The position numbers and the translations under genes were made by a program. From Actinomycetales bacterium (lineage in GTDB: Bacteria > Actinomycetota > Actinomycetes > Actinomycetales > Dermatophilaceae): 64,000 nucleotides of DNA. The stretch lies in assembly GCA_038258285.1 (NCBI GenBank), contig JBBSQA010000005.1, positions 36,929-100,928 on the forward strand. Direction: 5' to 3'. This document shows positions 28,103 through 37,380 of the stretch, one piece after another; within the stretch, counting starts at the first letter, position 1, and each line of letters opens with the position of its first letter. A model generated the notes under the pieces. It was not told the origin of the DNA. It saw only the letters and a list, made by a program, of their open reading frames with translations, and ran no database searches.

Positions 28103-29143
28103 ATGGTGGTGAGATTTCCGGCTCCGTTGAGCCGCGGCGATGTCGTGGGCGTGAGCGCAACGTCCAGCGGAGTGCCGGACCGCCTACGACCACGCCTCGA
28201 CGTCGCCGTGGAGGTGGTGCGGGATCGGGGGTATGAGGTGGTGCTGGGCGACTGTCTGGGCGTGGGTGACCCCGCGTCCGGGCACGTCAGCGCTCCGGCC
28301 GCCGACCGTGCGGCCGAGTTGACCTCGATGCTGGTGGATCCGCAGATCCGGGCGGTGGTGCCCCCGTGGGGTGGAGAGACCGCCATCGACGTGCTGGCCC
28401 TGCTCGACTGGGAGGCCATCGCGGGGGCCGACCCGACGTGGGTGGTCGGATACTCCGATATCGCCACCGTGATCACCCCACTGACGCTGCGAGCGGGGGT
28501 CGCCACCATCCACGGCAGCAACCTGATGGATACGCCTTACCGCCCCGCCAACGGGCTGCTCTCCTGGCTGGACATCGCGGCGATGCCTTCCGGGACGAGC
28601 TTCTCCCAGCTCCCACCGGGGCGATACCGCAAGCACTCCCACGTCGACTTCGCCACCGACCCGGGGGCCAGCGAGCTGACGCTCGACGCCGAGGGTGGCT
28701 GGAAGCGGCTGGACGTCGGTGGCGACCTGCACGTGCGGGGCCGGCTCATCGGCGGCTGCATCGAGACCCTCTCGCCGCTGGTCGGCTCGCCGCTGGGGGA
28801 CGTGCCGCGGTTCGTGGCCGAGCATGCCCCCGAAGGCACCGTGGTCTACGTCGAGGCGGCGGAGGCCAACGCGTTCACGATCTGTCGAGCACTCCACGGG
28901 ATGCGCCTGGCGGGGTTCTTCGCGGGAGCCAACGCGGTGCTGGTGGGACGAAGCACCGCGCCTGACGACGACACCTTGACCCAGCACGAGGCGGTGCTGG
29001 ATGCGCTGGGCTCGCTGGACGTGCCGATCATCGGTGACGTCGACTGCGGCCACGTGGCCCCCTTCATGCCGCTGGTCAACGGCGCCCACGCCGAAGTCCG
29101 ACTGCGTGGCGGCGCCGCAGACCTCACCCAGAGTCTGTGCTGA
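28103..29143 (+). CDS. S66-family LD-carboxypeptidase / MccF-like peptidase
   Basis: PWGGE, GYSD (catalytic Ser), GGCIE, VYVE, DCGH. Confidence 0.9.
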   Translation: MVVRFPAPLSRGDVVGVSATSSGVPDRLRPRLDVAVEVVRDRGYEVVLGDCLGVGDPASGHVSAPAADRAAELTSMLVDPQIRAVVPPWGGETAIDVLALLDWEAIAGADPTWVVGYSDIATVITPLTLRAGVATIHGSNLMDTPYRPANGLLSWLDIAAMPSGTSFSQLPPGRYRKHSHVDFATDPGASELTLDAEGGWKRLDVGGDLHVRGRLIGGCIETLSPLVGSPLGDVPRFVAEHAPEGTVVYVEAAEANAFTICRALHGMRLAGFFAGANAVLVGRSTAPDDDTLTQHEAVLDALGSLDVPIIGDVDCGHVAPFMPLVNGAHAEVRLRGGAADLTQSLC

Positions 29144-29415
29144 TGGCGGCCGACCCCAGCGCGGCGCGGGACCCCGGCGAGATGGACCTGCACATCGGAC
29201 CCGAAGAGCTCGTCATCCGCAACCGTTACGAAGTCCTGTCGATCATGGACGACATCCTGATCGCCGTCTTCTTCATCGTGGGCAGCGTGCTCTTCTTCAG
29301 CACGTCGACGGAGACCGCTGGCGTCTGGCTCTTCCTGCTGGGAAGCGTGGCGATGCTGGTCCGGCCCCTGCTGCAGCTAAGCCGCCGAGTGCACCTGCAA
29401 CGCTTCCGCTCCTGA
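29143..29415 (+). CDS. YrhK-family membrane protein
   Basis: FFIVGSVLFF...GVWLFLLGS...RP; TGATG coupling to the upstream gene. Confidence 0.8.
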   Translation: MAADPSAARDPGEMDLHIGPEELVIRNRYEVLSIMDDILIAVFFIVGSVLFFSTSTETAGVWLFLLGSVAMLVRPLLQLSRRVHLQRFRS

Positions 29416-29472
29416 CCGATGTGCGCGCTCCTGCACGGCGCCAACGCGCGGAGAGCGCGCACAACGGTCAGG
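29411..29472. repeat. REP-like palindromic element, copy 3, between convergent genes
   Basis: 20-bp inverted repeat with 1 mismatch, 29411-29430 / 29453-29472. Confidence 0.88.
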
Positions 29473-29474
29473 CG

Positions 29475-31193
29475 CTAGGTGAGAACTTCCTTGACCTTGG
29501 CGATTCCGAAGCCCACGCCCTGCTGGACCGTCGGCTTAGGGGGCAGGGAGACCTCTTCGGGGTTGGTGACGGCGTCGAGCAGAGCGGGTCCGTCATGGGC
29601 CAACACCTCGGCCACCGCGGCCGCCACGTCCTTGGGGTCCTCCACCCGGACTGCGTGGAAGCCCATCGAGCGAGCCACGGCCGCCAGATCGGGATTGGCC
29701 AGCCCGGTGCCCGACTCCGGCAGTCCGGTCTGCTCCATCTCCAGCTTGACCATGCCCAGGCGCCGGTTGTTGAAGACGATGAGCTTCACCGGCAGGCCGT
29801 AGGGCACGGCCGTCATCAGGTCACCGAGCAGCATGGTCAGTCCGCCGTCACCACAGAAGGCGATGACCTGTCGGTCGCGGTCGAGAGCCTGCGCACCCAG
29901 CGCCTGAGGCATCGCGTTGGCCATCGAGCCGAGGTTGAACGACCCCACCAACCGCTGGTCGGCACGCAGGTGCACCAGCCGCGAGAGCCAGACCGTCGAC
30001 ATACCGGTGTCCGCAGTGAAGATCGCGTCGTCGGCTGCCTGAAGGTTGACCTGGGCCGCGACCAACTCGGGACGGATGTCACCGTCGCGGTTGTCGAGGT
30101 GCTTGCGGACCTTGCCCACAGCATGGTCTTCGTAGTCGGCCGAGGCCAGGTCCTGCTGACCACCCAGCCACTTCTCGTAGGTGTCTCGGGCGGACTGCAG
30201 ATGCTTCGACCCGACCTCACCCTTCTCCTGGACCTTGTCCGCGAGCGCTGCTGCGGTGTCCCCGGCGTCACCGACCAGGCCGAGGTGGACGTGGGTCCGA
30301 CGCCCGATGTGACCGCCACGGTCATCCACTTGGATCACGGTCTTCCCCTCGGGCAACCATTCCCGGTACGGGAAGTCGGTCCCGAGCATCACGAGGACGT
30401 CGCAGTCGTCGAAGGCCTTCTGGGCCGCCGGATTGCCGATCAGCCCGGACTGGCCCACCTGGTGGGGGTTGTCGTGCTCGAAGCCATCCTTGGCCTTCAG
30501 GCTCAGCACCATCGGCGCCTGCACCCGTTGGGCCAGCCGGAGCACGGCGGCCCGACCCGGTTTCGCCCCGATGCCGACCAGCAGGGTGACCTTCTCGGCG
30601 GAGTCGATGATGTCGACCGCCTGGACCAGCAGGTCCGGAGCAGGCACCGACCTACGCTGCGGCGGCGTGAAGTTCAGGGTCTTGCCCTTTTCGATGTCCA
30701 GCTCGCCCACGTCACCGGGCAACGTGAGCACCGAGACGCCGCGTTCGTTGAGCGCGGTGTTCACGGCCAGCTCCAACACGTAGGGGAAGTGCTCGGCGTT
30801 GCTGACCGTGCGCGAATAGACGGACACGTCGGCGTACAGCACGTCGTTGTTGACCTCCTGGAAGGTCTCGGTGCCGATCTCGGCCGACGGCACCTGACCG
30901 CAGATCGCCAGGACGGGCGCGTGTGACTTCTTCGCGTCGTACAGACCGTTGAGCAGGTGTATGCCGCCCGGTCCGACAGTGCCCATACACACTCCGAGGG
31001 TCTCGCTCAGCTGCGCCTGGGCTGAGGCCGCGAACGCACCGACCTCCTCGTGACGGACTCCGATCCACTCGATCCGGTCCGAGCGTTCGATGGCGTCGGT
31101 GACGGGGTTCAGGGCATCGCCGACGACACCCCAGACGGTGCGCACCCCCAGGTCGGCGAGGGAGTCGATCAACAGGTCGGCGACAGTGGCCAT
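29475..31193 (-). CDS. poxB: TPP-dependent pyruvate oxidase/dehydrogenase
   Basis: GVVGDALN, VRHEE, GPGGIHLLNGLYDA, GSMANAMP, GDGG...NN TPP motif. Confidence 0.9.
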   Translation of the reverse strand: MATVADLLIDSLADLGVRTVWGVVGDALNPVTDAIERSDRIEWIGVRHEEVGAFAASAQAQLSETLGVCMGTVGPGGIHLLNGLYDAKKSHAPVLAICGQVPSAEIGTETFQEVNNDVLYADVSVYSRTVSNAEHFPYVLELAVNTALNERGVSVLTLPGDVGELDIEKGKTLNFTPPQRRSVPAPDLLVQAVDIIDSAEKVTLLVGIGAKPGRAAVLRLAQRVQAPMVLSLKAKDGFEHDNPHQVGQSGLIGNPAAQKAFDDCDVLVMLGTDFPYREWLPEGKTVIQVDDRGGHIGRRTHVHLGLVGDAGDTAAALADKVQEKGEVGSKHLQSARDTYEKWLGGQQDLASADYEDHAVGKVRKHLDNRDGDIRPELVAAQVNLQAADDAIFTADTGMSTVWLSRLVHLRADQRLVGSFNLGSMANAMPQALGAQALDRDRQVIAFCGDGGLTMLLGDLMTAVPYGLPVKLIVFNNRRLGMVKLEMEQTGLPESGTGLANPDLAAVARSMGFHAVRVEDPKDVAAAVAEVLAHDGPALLDAVTNPEEVSLPPKPTVQQGVGFGIAKVKEVLT

Positions 31194-31337
31194 CGGTGGA
31201 TCCTTCGGTCAGCGGGCGTTTCGGGTGGTGATACCCACGTCCAAGTCTCCCGGCAAGGGGTCGAGTGCGCACGCTGGGGTATAGGGACGGGGGCTATGCG
31301 GGACCACCTGCGCTGCGATGTGGCATCGTCTCGAGGC

Positions 31338-32132
31338 ATGACCAGGGATCGTTTCGCCTTCGTTCGTCGGCCCAGCCCACGGTTGGCCGAGGGCCTGGTG
31401 ACGCACGTCGAGCGCAGCGGGTCCGTCGACGTGACCCTGGCCGTAGATCAGTGGCAGAGGTACGTCGAGGCCCTGGTCACGGCGGGTTTCGCGGTCCATG
31501 AGGTCCAGCCCGCTCCCGACTGCCCCGACGGAGTCTTCGTCGAGGACCCCCTGTTGGTGTTCGACGACCTTGCGGTCCTGGCAGCCCCGAGCGCGCGCTC
31601 GCGTCAACCCGAGGTCAGCGGTGCCCGTGCCGCCGCTCGCTCGCAGGGGCTGCGCACTGTAGAGCTGACGGACGCCCCGGTCGACGGGACGGTGGCCCTC
31701 GACGGCGGTGATGTGTTGCGGGTGGGCGACACGGTGTACGTCGGCGTCGGTGGTCGCACGACCGAGGCTGGCGCCGCCGCCCTAGCCCACTACCTTCGAC
31801 CGGTGGGCTTCGGTGTCGCTCCCGTCCCGGTGAGCAAGACGTTGCACCTCAAGAGCCAGGTCACGGCTCTCCCGGACGGCGCAATCGTGGGCTATGAACC
31901 GCTGGTGGACGATCCATCGTCCTGGCCGACCTTCCTCGCCGTGCCCGAGCCCGAGGGCGCCCACGTGGTGGTGCTCGACCAGCGGACGGTGCTGATGGCG
32001 GACGCCGCGCCCAGGAGCGCCGACACCTTCCGGGCTCGGGGACTGACGGTCGTGGCCGTGCCCATGAGCGAACTGATCAAGCTCGAGGGTTGTGTGACTT
32101 GTCTGTCAGTGCGGGGCCACGCCTTTGACTAG
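31338..32132 (+). CDS. ddaH: Dimethylarginine dimethylaminohydrolase
   Basis: PDGVFVED, LDGGDV, LHLKS, EGCVTCLS. Confidence 0.9.
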   Translation: MTRDRFAFVRRPSPRLAEGLVTHVERSGSVDVTLAVDQWQRYVEALVTAGFAVHEVQPAPDCPDGVFVEDPLLVFDDLAVLAAPSARSRQPEVSGARAAARSQGLRTVELTDAPVDGTVALDGGDVLRVGDTVYVGVGGRTTEAGAAALAHYLRPVGFGVAPVPVSKTLHLKSQVTALPDGAIVGYEPLVDDPSSWPTFLAVPEPEGAHVVVLDQRTVLMADAAPRSADTFRARGLTVVAVPMSELIKLEGCVTCLSVRGHAFD

Positions 32133-33067
32133 CTGTCGGTATGACCGACGGCTCGCGCTAGGAGCCCACGCGCAGAACCGTGGTGCCGCGGGCTTGACCT
32201 TCCACCAGGTAGTGCGTTGCCGGGCAGGAGGAGGGCAACGGTATTCGCGATGACGATGAGTGCGACACCGACCCATTCGATGGTGCCGAGGTCTTCGTGG
32301 AGCAGGGTCGCTCCGACGAGCGCGGCCAGGACGGGGTTGATGCTCATGAGGATCCCGAACAGATTCGCCGGAATCCTCCGTAGCGCGATCAGGTCTGCGA
32401 CGAACGGGACCGTTGACGCCAGAACGCCGGCGCCGACTGCGTAGACCAGCGTGAAGGCGTCGGGGCGGGTCGTGATCAGGATCCACACCCCGACGGGGAG
32501 GAACGCAGCGGCGGATACTCCGGTGGCTGTGGCGGTGCCCTGAACTCCGGGGATGCGGGTACCGATCGTGCGGTTGAGCAGGATGTATGCGGCCCAACTG
32601 CAGGCAGCGATAAGGCCGAGCCCGATGCCGAGGTAGTCGGTCGTGGCCTGCGGCCGCGTGATCGCGATGACGCCGGCGCCGGCGATGAGGGCGCAGAACG
32701 CACCGTTCTTGCTTCGGGTGCTGAGGAGGGCGACCGCCAGTGGCCCGCAGAACTCCAGGGTCACCGCCAGACCGAGACCGATGCGATCGATGGCCAGATA
32801 CAAGGTGAGGTTCATGGTCGCGAAGACCAACGCCAAGAGCAGGACCGGCCACCACTGACCTCGTGTCAAATCCCGGACTCGCGGCCTCACGACCGGGAGC
32901 AGGATCGCGGCGGCGACGAGTTGACGGATCGCGACGACGCCGACGGGGCCGATGACTGGGAAGGCCAGCGACCCACTGGCAGCCCCGAGCTGATTCGACA
33001 GCGCACCAACCACAGCGGTGGCGATCCCTGCAGTTCGGCCGCGGCCTGCTTCATTCATCTTTGTCAT
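32129..33067 (-). CDS. EamA/RhtA-like exporter
   Basis: About 10 TM segments; GLAVTLEFCGPL, WAAYIL, LMSINPV. Confidence 0.9.
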   Translation of the reverse strand: MTKMNEAGRGRTAGIATAVVGALSNQLGAASGSLAFPVIGPVGVVAIRQLVAAAILLPVVRPRVRDLTRGQWWPVLLLALVFATMNLTLYLAIDRIGLGLAVTLEFCGPLAVALLSTRSKNGAFCALIAGAGVIAITRPQATTDYLGIGLGLIAACSWAAYILLNRTIGTRIPGVQGTATATGVSAAAFLPVGVWILITTRPDAFTLVYAVGAGVLASTVPFVADLIALRRIPANLFGILMSINPVLAALVGATLLHEDLGTIEWVGVALIVIANTVALLLPGNALPGGRSSPRHHGSARGLLARAVGHTDS

Positions 33068-33122
33068 GGTCGAAGCCTGCGGACTGTTGCGACCTGCTCA
33101 TAATGCATAAGTATTCGGATTA

Positions 33123-33137
33123 ATGCGTTCAACGCAT
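33123..33137. promoter_or_regulatory. LysR recognition box (T-N11-A) in the divergent promoter
   Basis: ATGCGTTCAACGCAT dyad between the divergent EamA and LysR genes, adjacent to TAGACT (-10-like). Confidence 0.7.
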
Positions 33138-33152
33138 GGGTAGACTGTGCGC

Positions 33153-34013
33153 GTGAATGTGGAGCTACGTCACCTTCGATCGTTCGCTGGTGTCATCGAT
33201 ACCGGCACCTTCACCGACGCGGGGATTGAGCTCGGCATCTCCCAAACCGCGGTCTCACGCAACGTCGCCGCCCTGGAGTCAGTCCTGGGAGTGCGGCTCC
33301 TGCACCGAACGACGCGCAGTGTGGAGCTCACGCCGGCCGGGGAGCGGGTGCTTCGGCAGGCCCGTCGCGCTCTGGCGGTCGTCTCTGATTTACATCAGGA
33401 GGCACGGGCTGGGGTCAGCACCATCCGGATCGGGTATGCGTGGTCCGCGCTGGGTAAGCACACACCGGAGTTCCAACGCCGCTGGGCTGCAACCCTCCCG
33501 GAGCACGAACTGCGTCTGATTCGGACGAACACGGCCACCGCGGGACTCCATGACGGCACCAGTGACCTGGTGATCCTTCGCCGCATACCGGAGGCGACCA
33601 ACCTCGAGCTGGCTTTGATCGGAGCCGAGAGACGCTACTGCGCGATGTCCGTCGATGACCCGCTGGCCCGCAAACGTACCGTGGTTCTCGCCCAGGTAGC
33701 CGCGGCTCCGTTGGCGATCGATCCGCGCACCGGGAGCACCCAGCTCGACCTCTGGCCCGATGACGGGCGCCCGAGCCACACCATCCCCACCAACGACGTC
33801 GACGACTGGCTCACCGTCATCGGTAGTGGCGCGGCCCGGGGAGTGACCGCTGAGTCGACAGCCCACCAGTACCATCGTCCCGGACTCACGTACCGGCCGG
33901 TCCGCGACGCACCACCTGTACCCGTCTACGCGGCCTGGATGAAAACAGACCCACCCGCCATCCTGCAGGACATCATCACCCTCCTCGCGGGCCTCTACCG
34001 CTCACCCCGCTAA
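33153..34013 (+). CDS. LysR-family regulator
   Basis: ELRHLRSF, SQTAVSR, LLHRTTRSVELTPAG; GTG at 33153 lies 6 nt after TAGACT. Confidence 0.94.
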   Translation: MNVELRHLRSFAGVIDTGTFTDAGIELGISQTAVSRNVAALESVLGVRLLHRTTRSVELTPAGERVLRQARRALAVVSDLHQEARAGVSTIRIGYAWSALGKHTPEFQRRWAATLPEHELRLIRTNTATAGLHDGTSDLVILRRIPEATNLELALIGAERRYCAMSVDDPLARKRTVVLAQVAAAPLAIDPRTGSTQLDLWPDDGRPSHTIPTNDVDDWLTVIGSGAARGVTAESTAHQYHRPGLTYRPVRDAPPVPVYAAWMKTDPPAILQDIITLLAGLYRSPR

Positions 34014-34043
34014 AACCTCTTTCGGTGTGCCCGATAGCTGCTG

Positions 34044-37000
34044 TCAGCACCCGGTCATGGCCTCTATGAGGTCTCCGAGCCGCCCGTACCCGACGATCTC
34101 GGCCTCCTGGTCGGTTTCGACCGCATCCTGCCCGCTCTCGTCGCGGCACGCGGAGGCGGCGTCGTCCGCCAGCGAGGACTCCATGTCGGCCCGGCTGGCG
34201 TCGGAGAGCACCCACCCCAAGGGCGCCTCGATCGCCGGCTTGCTGCGCTGGTTGACCACGAAGACCCCGGAGCCCCAGGGCCGCAGCGCCGCGCGTACCG
34301 ACAGATCCTGGGGTATGCCGACGCTGTCAGGAGCGATCATGGCGGCACCCCGCTGGAGCCAGGCCGTGGTCGACTTCTGGCTGGACCCACCCATCATCAC
34401 GCCGACCGGAGGCACCAGCACCTCGGCCACCGCCTCCGGGGGCGGTTGCACGAGGTCGCTGCCCCGCCCGTTGTCCAGATAGACCAGCACCGGCACGATC
34501 AAGGCACCGGTATCGGCCTCGTTGAACTCGCGCACCCGCGTCAAGAGAGGCGCGCTGAGGTCGACCAGGGATCCGACGCCGCTACCCTCGGCATACCCAC
34601 CGTCGATGAGCTGCACCTGCGGCGCGCCACCACAGGGGCCCACCACCCCCGAAGGCGTGACGTAGGGGAACCGAGCCGCGAGCATGGCTGCAGTGGAGGC
34701 GTTCAGCCGCTGCACGCAGTGGTCTCCCTCCTCGGGCTGCCGGGCCATGAACGACGCGGCGAAGTCCACACTGAACGCGGCCGGCGCGCGTGGGCCGGCG
34801 CAGTCGTCGACTCGAGCATCGCCCTGCCGGACGTGGCTGACCAGCACCCGGCACCCGGTCGACGTCGCGGTGGAGTTGAGCACCAGTGCGGCCGAGAGCT
34901 CGCCCCGGGACCGTGCCGGTGGACTGAAGAAGTCCTCGGCGAGCTCCGGGACCTGACCCTCCCAGCTGGTCTCCATCAACCCGGCTCGATCGACCCAGCC
35001 GCGCTGCAGATCCTCCGGCACGTCCGAGCCCACCGCCAGGCCCGTCACGCTGTAGATCGGGTCGCGCACCAGCAGCCCCACGGTCCCCTGGGCCAGCGCG
35101 TCGGGTGACCCGAGGGTCCAGACCGCATCGGCAGCGCTACGTCCGGTCGCGGAGGTGGACGGCGGCTCGACAAACCGTGAAACGGTCAGCCCGACAGCCC
35201 CGCCGCTGACTCCGGAGGCCAGGATGACCGAATCGAGGCCGCACTGCGTGGCGGCACCGGTCCGTTCCTTGATCTCATCCAGAGCGGCAGCGGTCCAGTA
35301 GGCCGCTCGGATCCCACCGCCTTCGGCCGCGACCATGATCATCGGCCGGATGGTCCGCGGCGTGGACCCACCGGTCGAGACCCCCACGCAGTCTCGGCTC
35401 GAGGCGTCCCACTCCTCGAAGAGCTGATCCATGCCGCGCTGCTTTGCAGAGATCCCCGCCAGGGACTCCCCGGCTGAGGGAGGAGGGCGCAAACCTCGGA
35501 TGCCGTGCACGCTCTGGTCACTGCCGAGCACCAAGATGCCGGCGACCGTCAAGATCAACAATGTGGCGACGGGTGCCTCACGCAGCCGCAACGGCCCCCA
35601 CCAGAAGATCTCCGGCGGGGCGTAGTGCAGGTGCAACACCACGGTCGAGCCCACCAGCAACGCGATGAGAGCGAGCGCTAGCAGGACCGAGGCCACGACG
35701 CCGATGACCTCGGTCACCGCGACCGGCCACAGGGCCAGGGCCAGGAAGCCCACGGTGCTCGCCAGCACCAGCACCACGGCCGTGCGACGAATCCACCGCG
35801 GCACCTCCCCGGGAGCAGTGCTCGCCCGTTGGTCCGGGTCTTCGAGCAGGCCCTGCAACATCCCGAGGGGGCCCGCCGTCGAGGCTCCCGTCGCTCGAGC
35901 CAGCAGGGGTGGGCCGATCCACCAGATGGCCAGGGCTCCGACGAAACCCACCACGGGCAGCACTCTCTGGAAAGCGGTGCCCTCCCCCAGTGCCAGGAAG
36001 GCTGTATGCGAGCGGATCAGCACCAACCCGCCGACGACCACACCGCTGAGCGCAATTGCGTCGCCGGTCATCACCACGGCCCGAAACGACTGTTCGTCGT
36101 AGCGTCGCAGCTCTGGCGCCCTCAACGGCAGGTCGTGCCAGCGGACGTACCAGGACAGAACCACGATGGCCAGGGGTATCGCGGCGAAGAGGCCCAGGGG
36201 CAGCCACCTCACCTCCCCGACGTCAGCCAGCTTGGACCACAGCAGGCCCACGGCGAGGAGGCCGGGCCCGTACAGCCACATCCACAACGGTGGCGCTGTG
36301 CGCTGCGGGACCGACGCGCCATGCCTCGCGTCCATCACCACATCAACCCGGCGATAGACCCCGTCGGAGATCAACCGTCCCAGCACGATCAGCCCAAGGC
36401 TCACCAGCACCAGCAGCAGTGCGGCGGTCAGGGCCCCGATGACGTCACTGCGGTCCTGGCCGAACCAGGCACGTTGCACGTCGGGGACCTGGTCCAGGAT
36501 CCCGCTGCCGGGGAGCAGGCCCAGCGCCGCGATGGGCAGGAAGGCCAGCAGCGAGTACCGCTGGGCAGACAGGGCATGGACCAGACGAGCGATCCGTTCA
36601 CGACCGGGCGCCGACCCGAGCAGCGTGTGTCCGATCTGGACCAGCGCCAGGATGACGAGCAACCACTTCACCGAGGTCGCCGTCGCGGCCGTGGCCAGCA
36701 TCCACTCGGCCGCGACGCCGCCGGTGGAACACACCTCGGCGATGAGGAAGATCGCGACGTTCTCGATGATGTCGGCGGCGATGACGACGTAGGCCAGCCA
36801 CGGCGTCGGGGTGGTGAGCAGCGGCAGCCATCCCCGAGCGGGGTCGCAGTCGATCCGGCATGCGGCGCGCAGGGCGCGGTGAAGCAGTGTCCCGAGCAGG
36901 ACCGCGAAGACCAGGTCGACCATCAGGTATGCCGTCAGCAATCCCGCCACTTGTGGGTCGGCCGCCACCACCTCTCGCAGCGCCGACCAGGGGTATGCCG

Positions 37001-37214
37001 TGCCGTCCGGCAGCGGAAAGGGCAGTCCGGGGCTCGTAAGGTCAGTGAGGCTGATGGTGTATCCGTCGTTGCTCGGCGACATGCCGATCAGCCGGTCGAC
37101 TTCACCGAGCGCGATGAAGATCCCGAGAGCGGCGGTGACGAGGAACGGCACTCTGCGGGGAAGCCGCGGGGCGGGGTTCACGAGGCCGACTTCTCGCTGC
37201 GCAGTGCTCATCAC
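34044..37214 (-). CDS. Polytopic membrane protein with C-terminal patatin/cPLA2-like domain
   Basis: About 570-aa multi-TM N-region; GGGIRAA oxyanion loop, GVSGG nucleophile elbow, DGG catalytic Asp motif. Confidence 0.8.
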   Translation of the reverse strand: MMSTAQREVGLVNPAPRLPRRVPFLVTAALGIFIALGEVDRLIGMSPSNDGYTISLTDLTSPGLPFPLPDGTAYPWSALREVVAADPQVAGLLTAYLMVDLVFAVLLGTLLHRALRAACRIDCDPARGWLPLLTTPTPWLAYVVIAADIIENVAIFLIAEVCSTGGVAAEWMLATAATATSVKWLLVILALVQIGHTLLGSAPGRERIARLVHALSAQRYSLLAFLPIAALGLLPGSGILDQVPDVQRAWFGQDRSDVIGALTAALLLVLVSLGLIVLGRLISDGVYRRVDVVMDARHGASVPQRTAPPLWMWLYGPGLLAVGLLWSKLADVGEVRWLPLGLFAAIPLAIVVLSWYVRWHDLPLRAPELRRYDEQSFRAVVMTGDAIALSGVVVGGLVLIRSHTAFLALGEGTAFQRVLPVVGFVGALAIWWIGPPLLARATGASTAGPLGMLQGLLEDPDQRASTAPGEVPRWIRRTAVVLVLASTVGFLALALWPVAVTEVIGVVASVLLALALIALLVGSTVVLHLHYAPPEIFWWGPLRLREAPVATLLILTVAGILVLGSDQSVHGIRGLRPPPSAGESLAGISAKQRGMDQLFEEWDASSRDCVGVSTGGSTPRTIRPMIMVAAEGGGIRAAYWTAAALDEIKERTGAATQCGLDSVILASGVSGGAVGLTVSRFVEPPSTSATGRSAADAVWTLGSPDALAQGTVGLLVRDPIYSVTGLAVGSDVPEDLQRGWVDRAGLMETSWEGQVPELAEDFFSPPARSRGELSAALVLNSTATSTGCRVLVSHVRQGDARVDDCAGPRAPAAFSVDFAASFMARQPEEGDHCVQRLNASTAAMLAARFPYVTPSGVVGPCGGAPQVQLIDGGYAEGSGVGSLVDLSAPLLTRVREFNEADTGALIVPVLVYLDNGRGSDLVQPPPEAVAEVLVPPVGVMMGGSSQKSTTAWLQRGAAMIAPDSVGIPQDLSVRAALRPWGSGVFVVNQRSKPAIEAPLGWVLSDASRADMESSLADDAASACRDESGQDAVETDQEAEIVGYGRLGDLIEAMTGC

Positions 37215-37380
37215 TCACCACCGGGGTCGGGCCACTCGATCGATCGAGCCGCTACCACCCCAGAGGGCGTGCTCCCCCCGGGTGATACCTCGCCCAGCGC
37301 GCGAGCCCTCGACGAGTGCGTGATCTCTCGCGGAATGACATATTGATGGCGAGAACCCCCTGGTGTGTGGAGGACGAGCG

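Noticed and set aside
26080-28236. 718-aa plus-strand ORF and similar long antisense ORFs (29001..30926, 35829..37346, 21513..22847)
   Set aside because: Stop-poor antisense frames expected in high-GC coding DNA; no recognisable motifs.
24029-29143. PhzF-like and MccF-like genes as a phenazine or microcin cluster
   Set aside because: No other phz or mcc genes; both families are commonly stand-alone.
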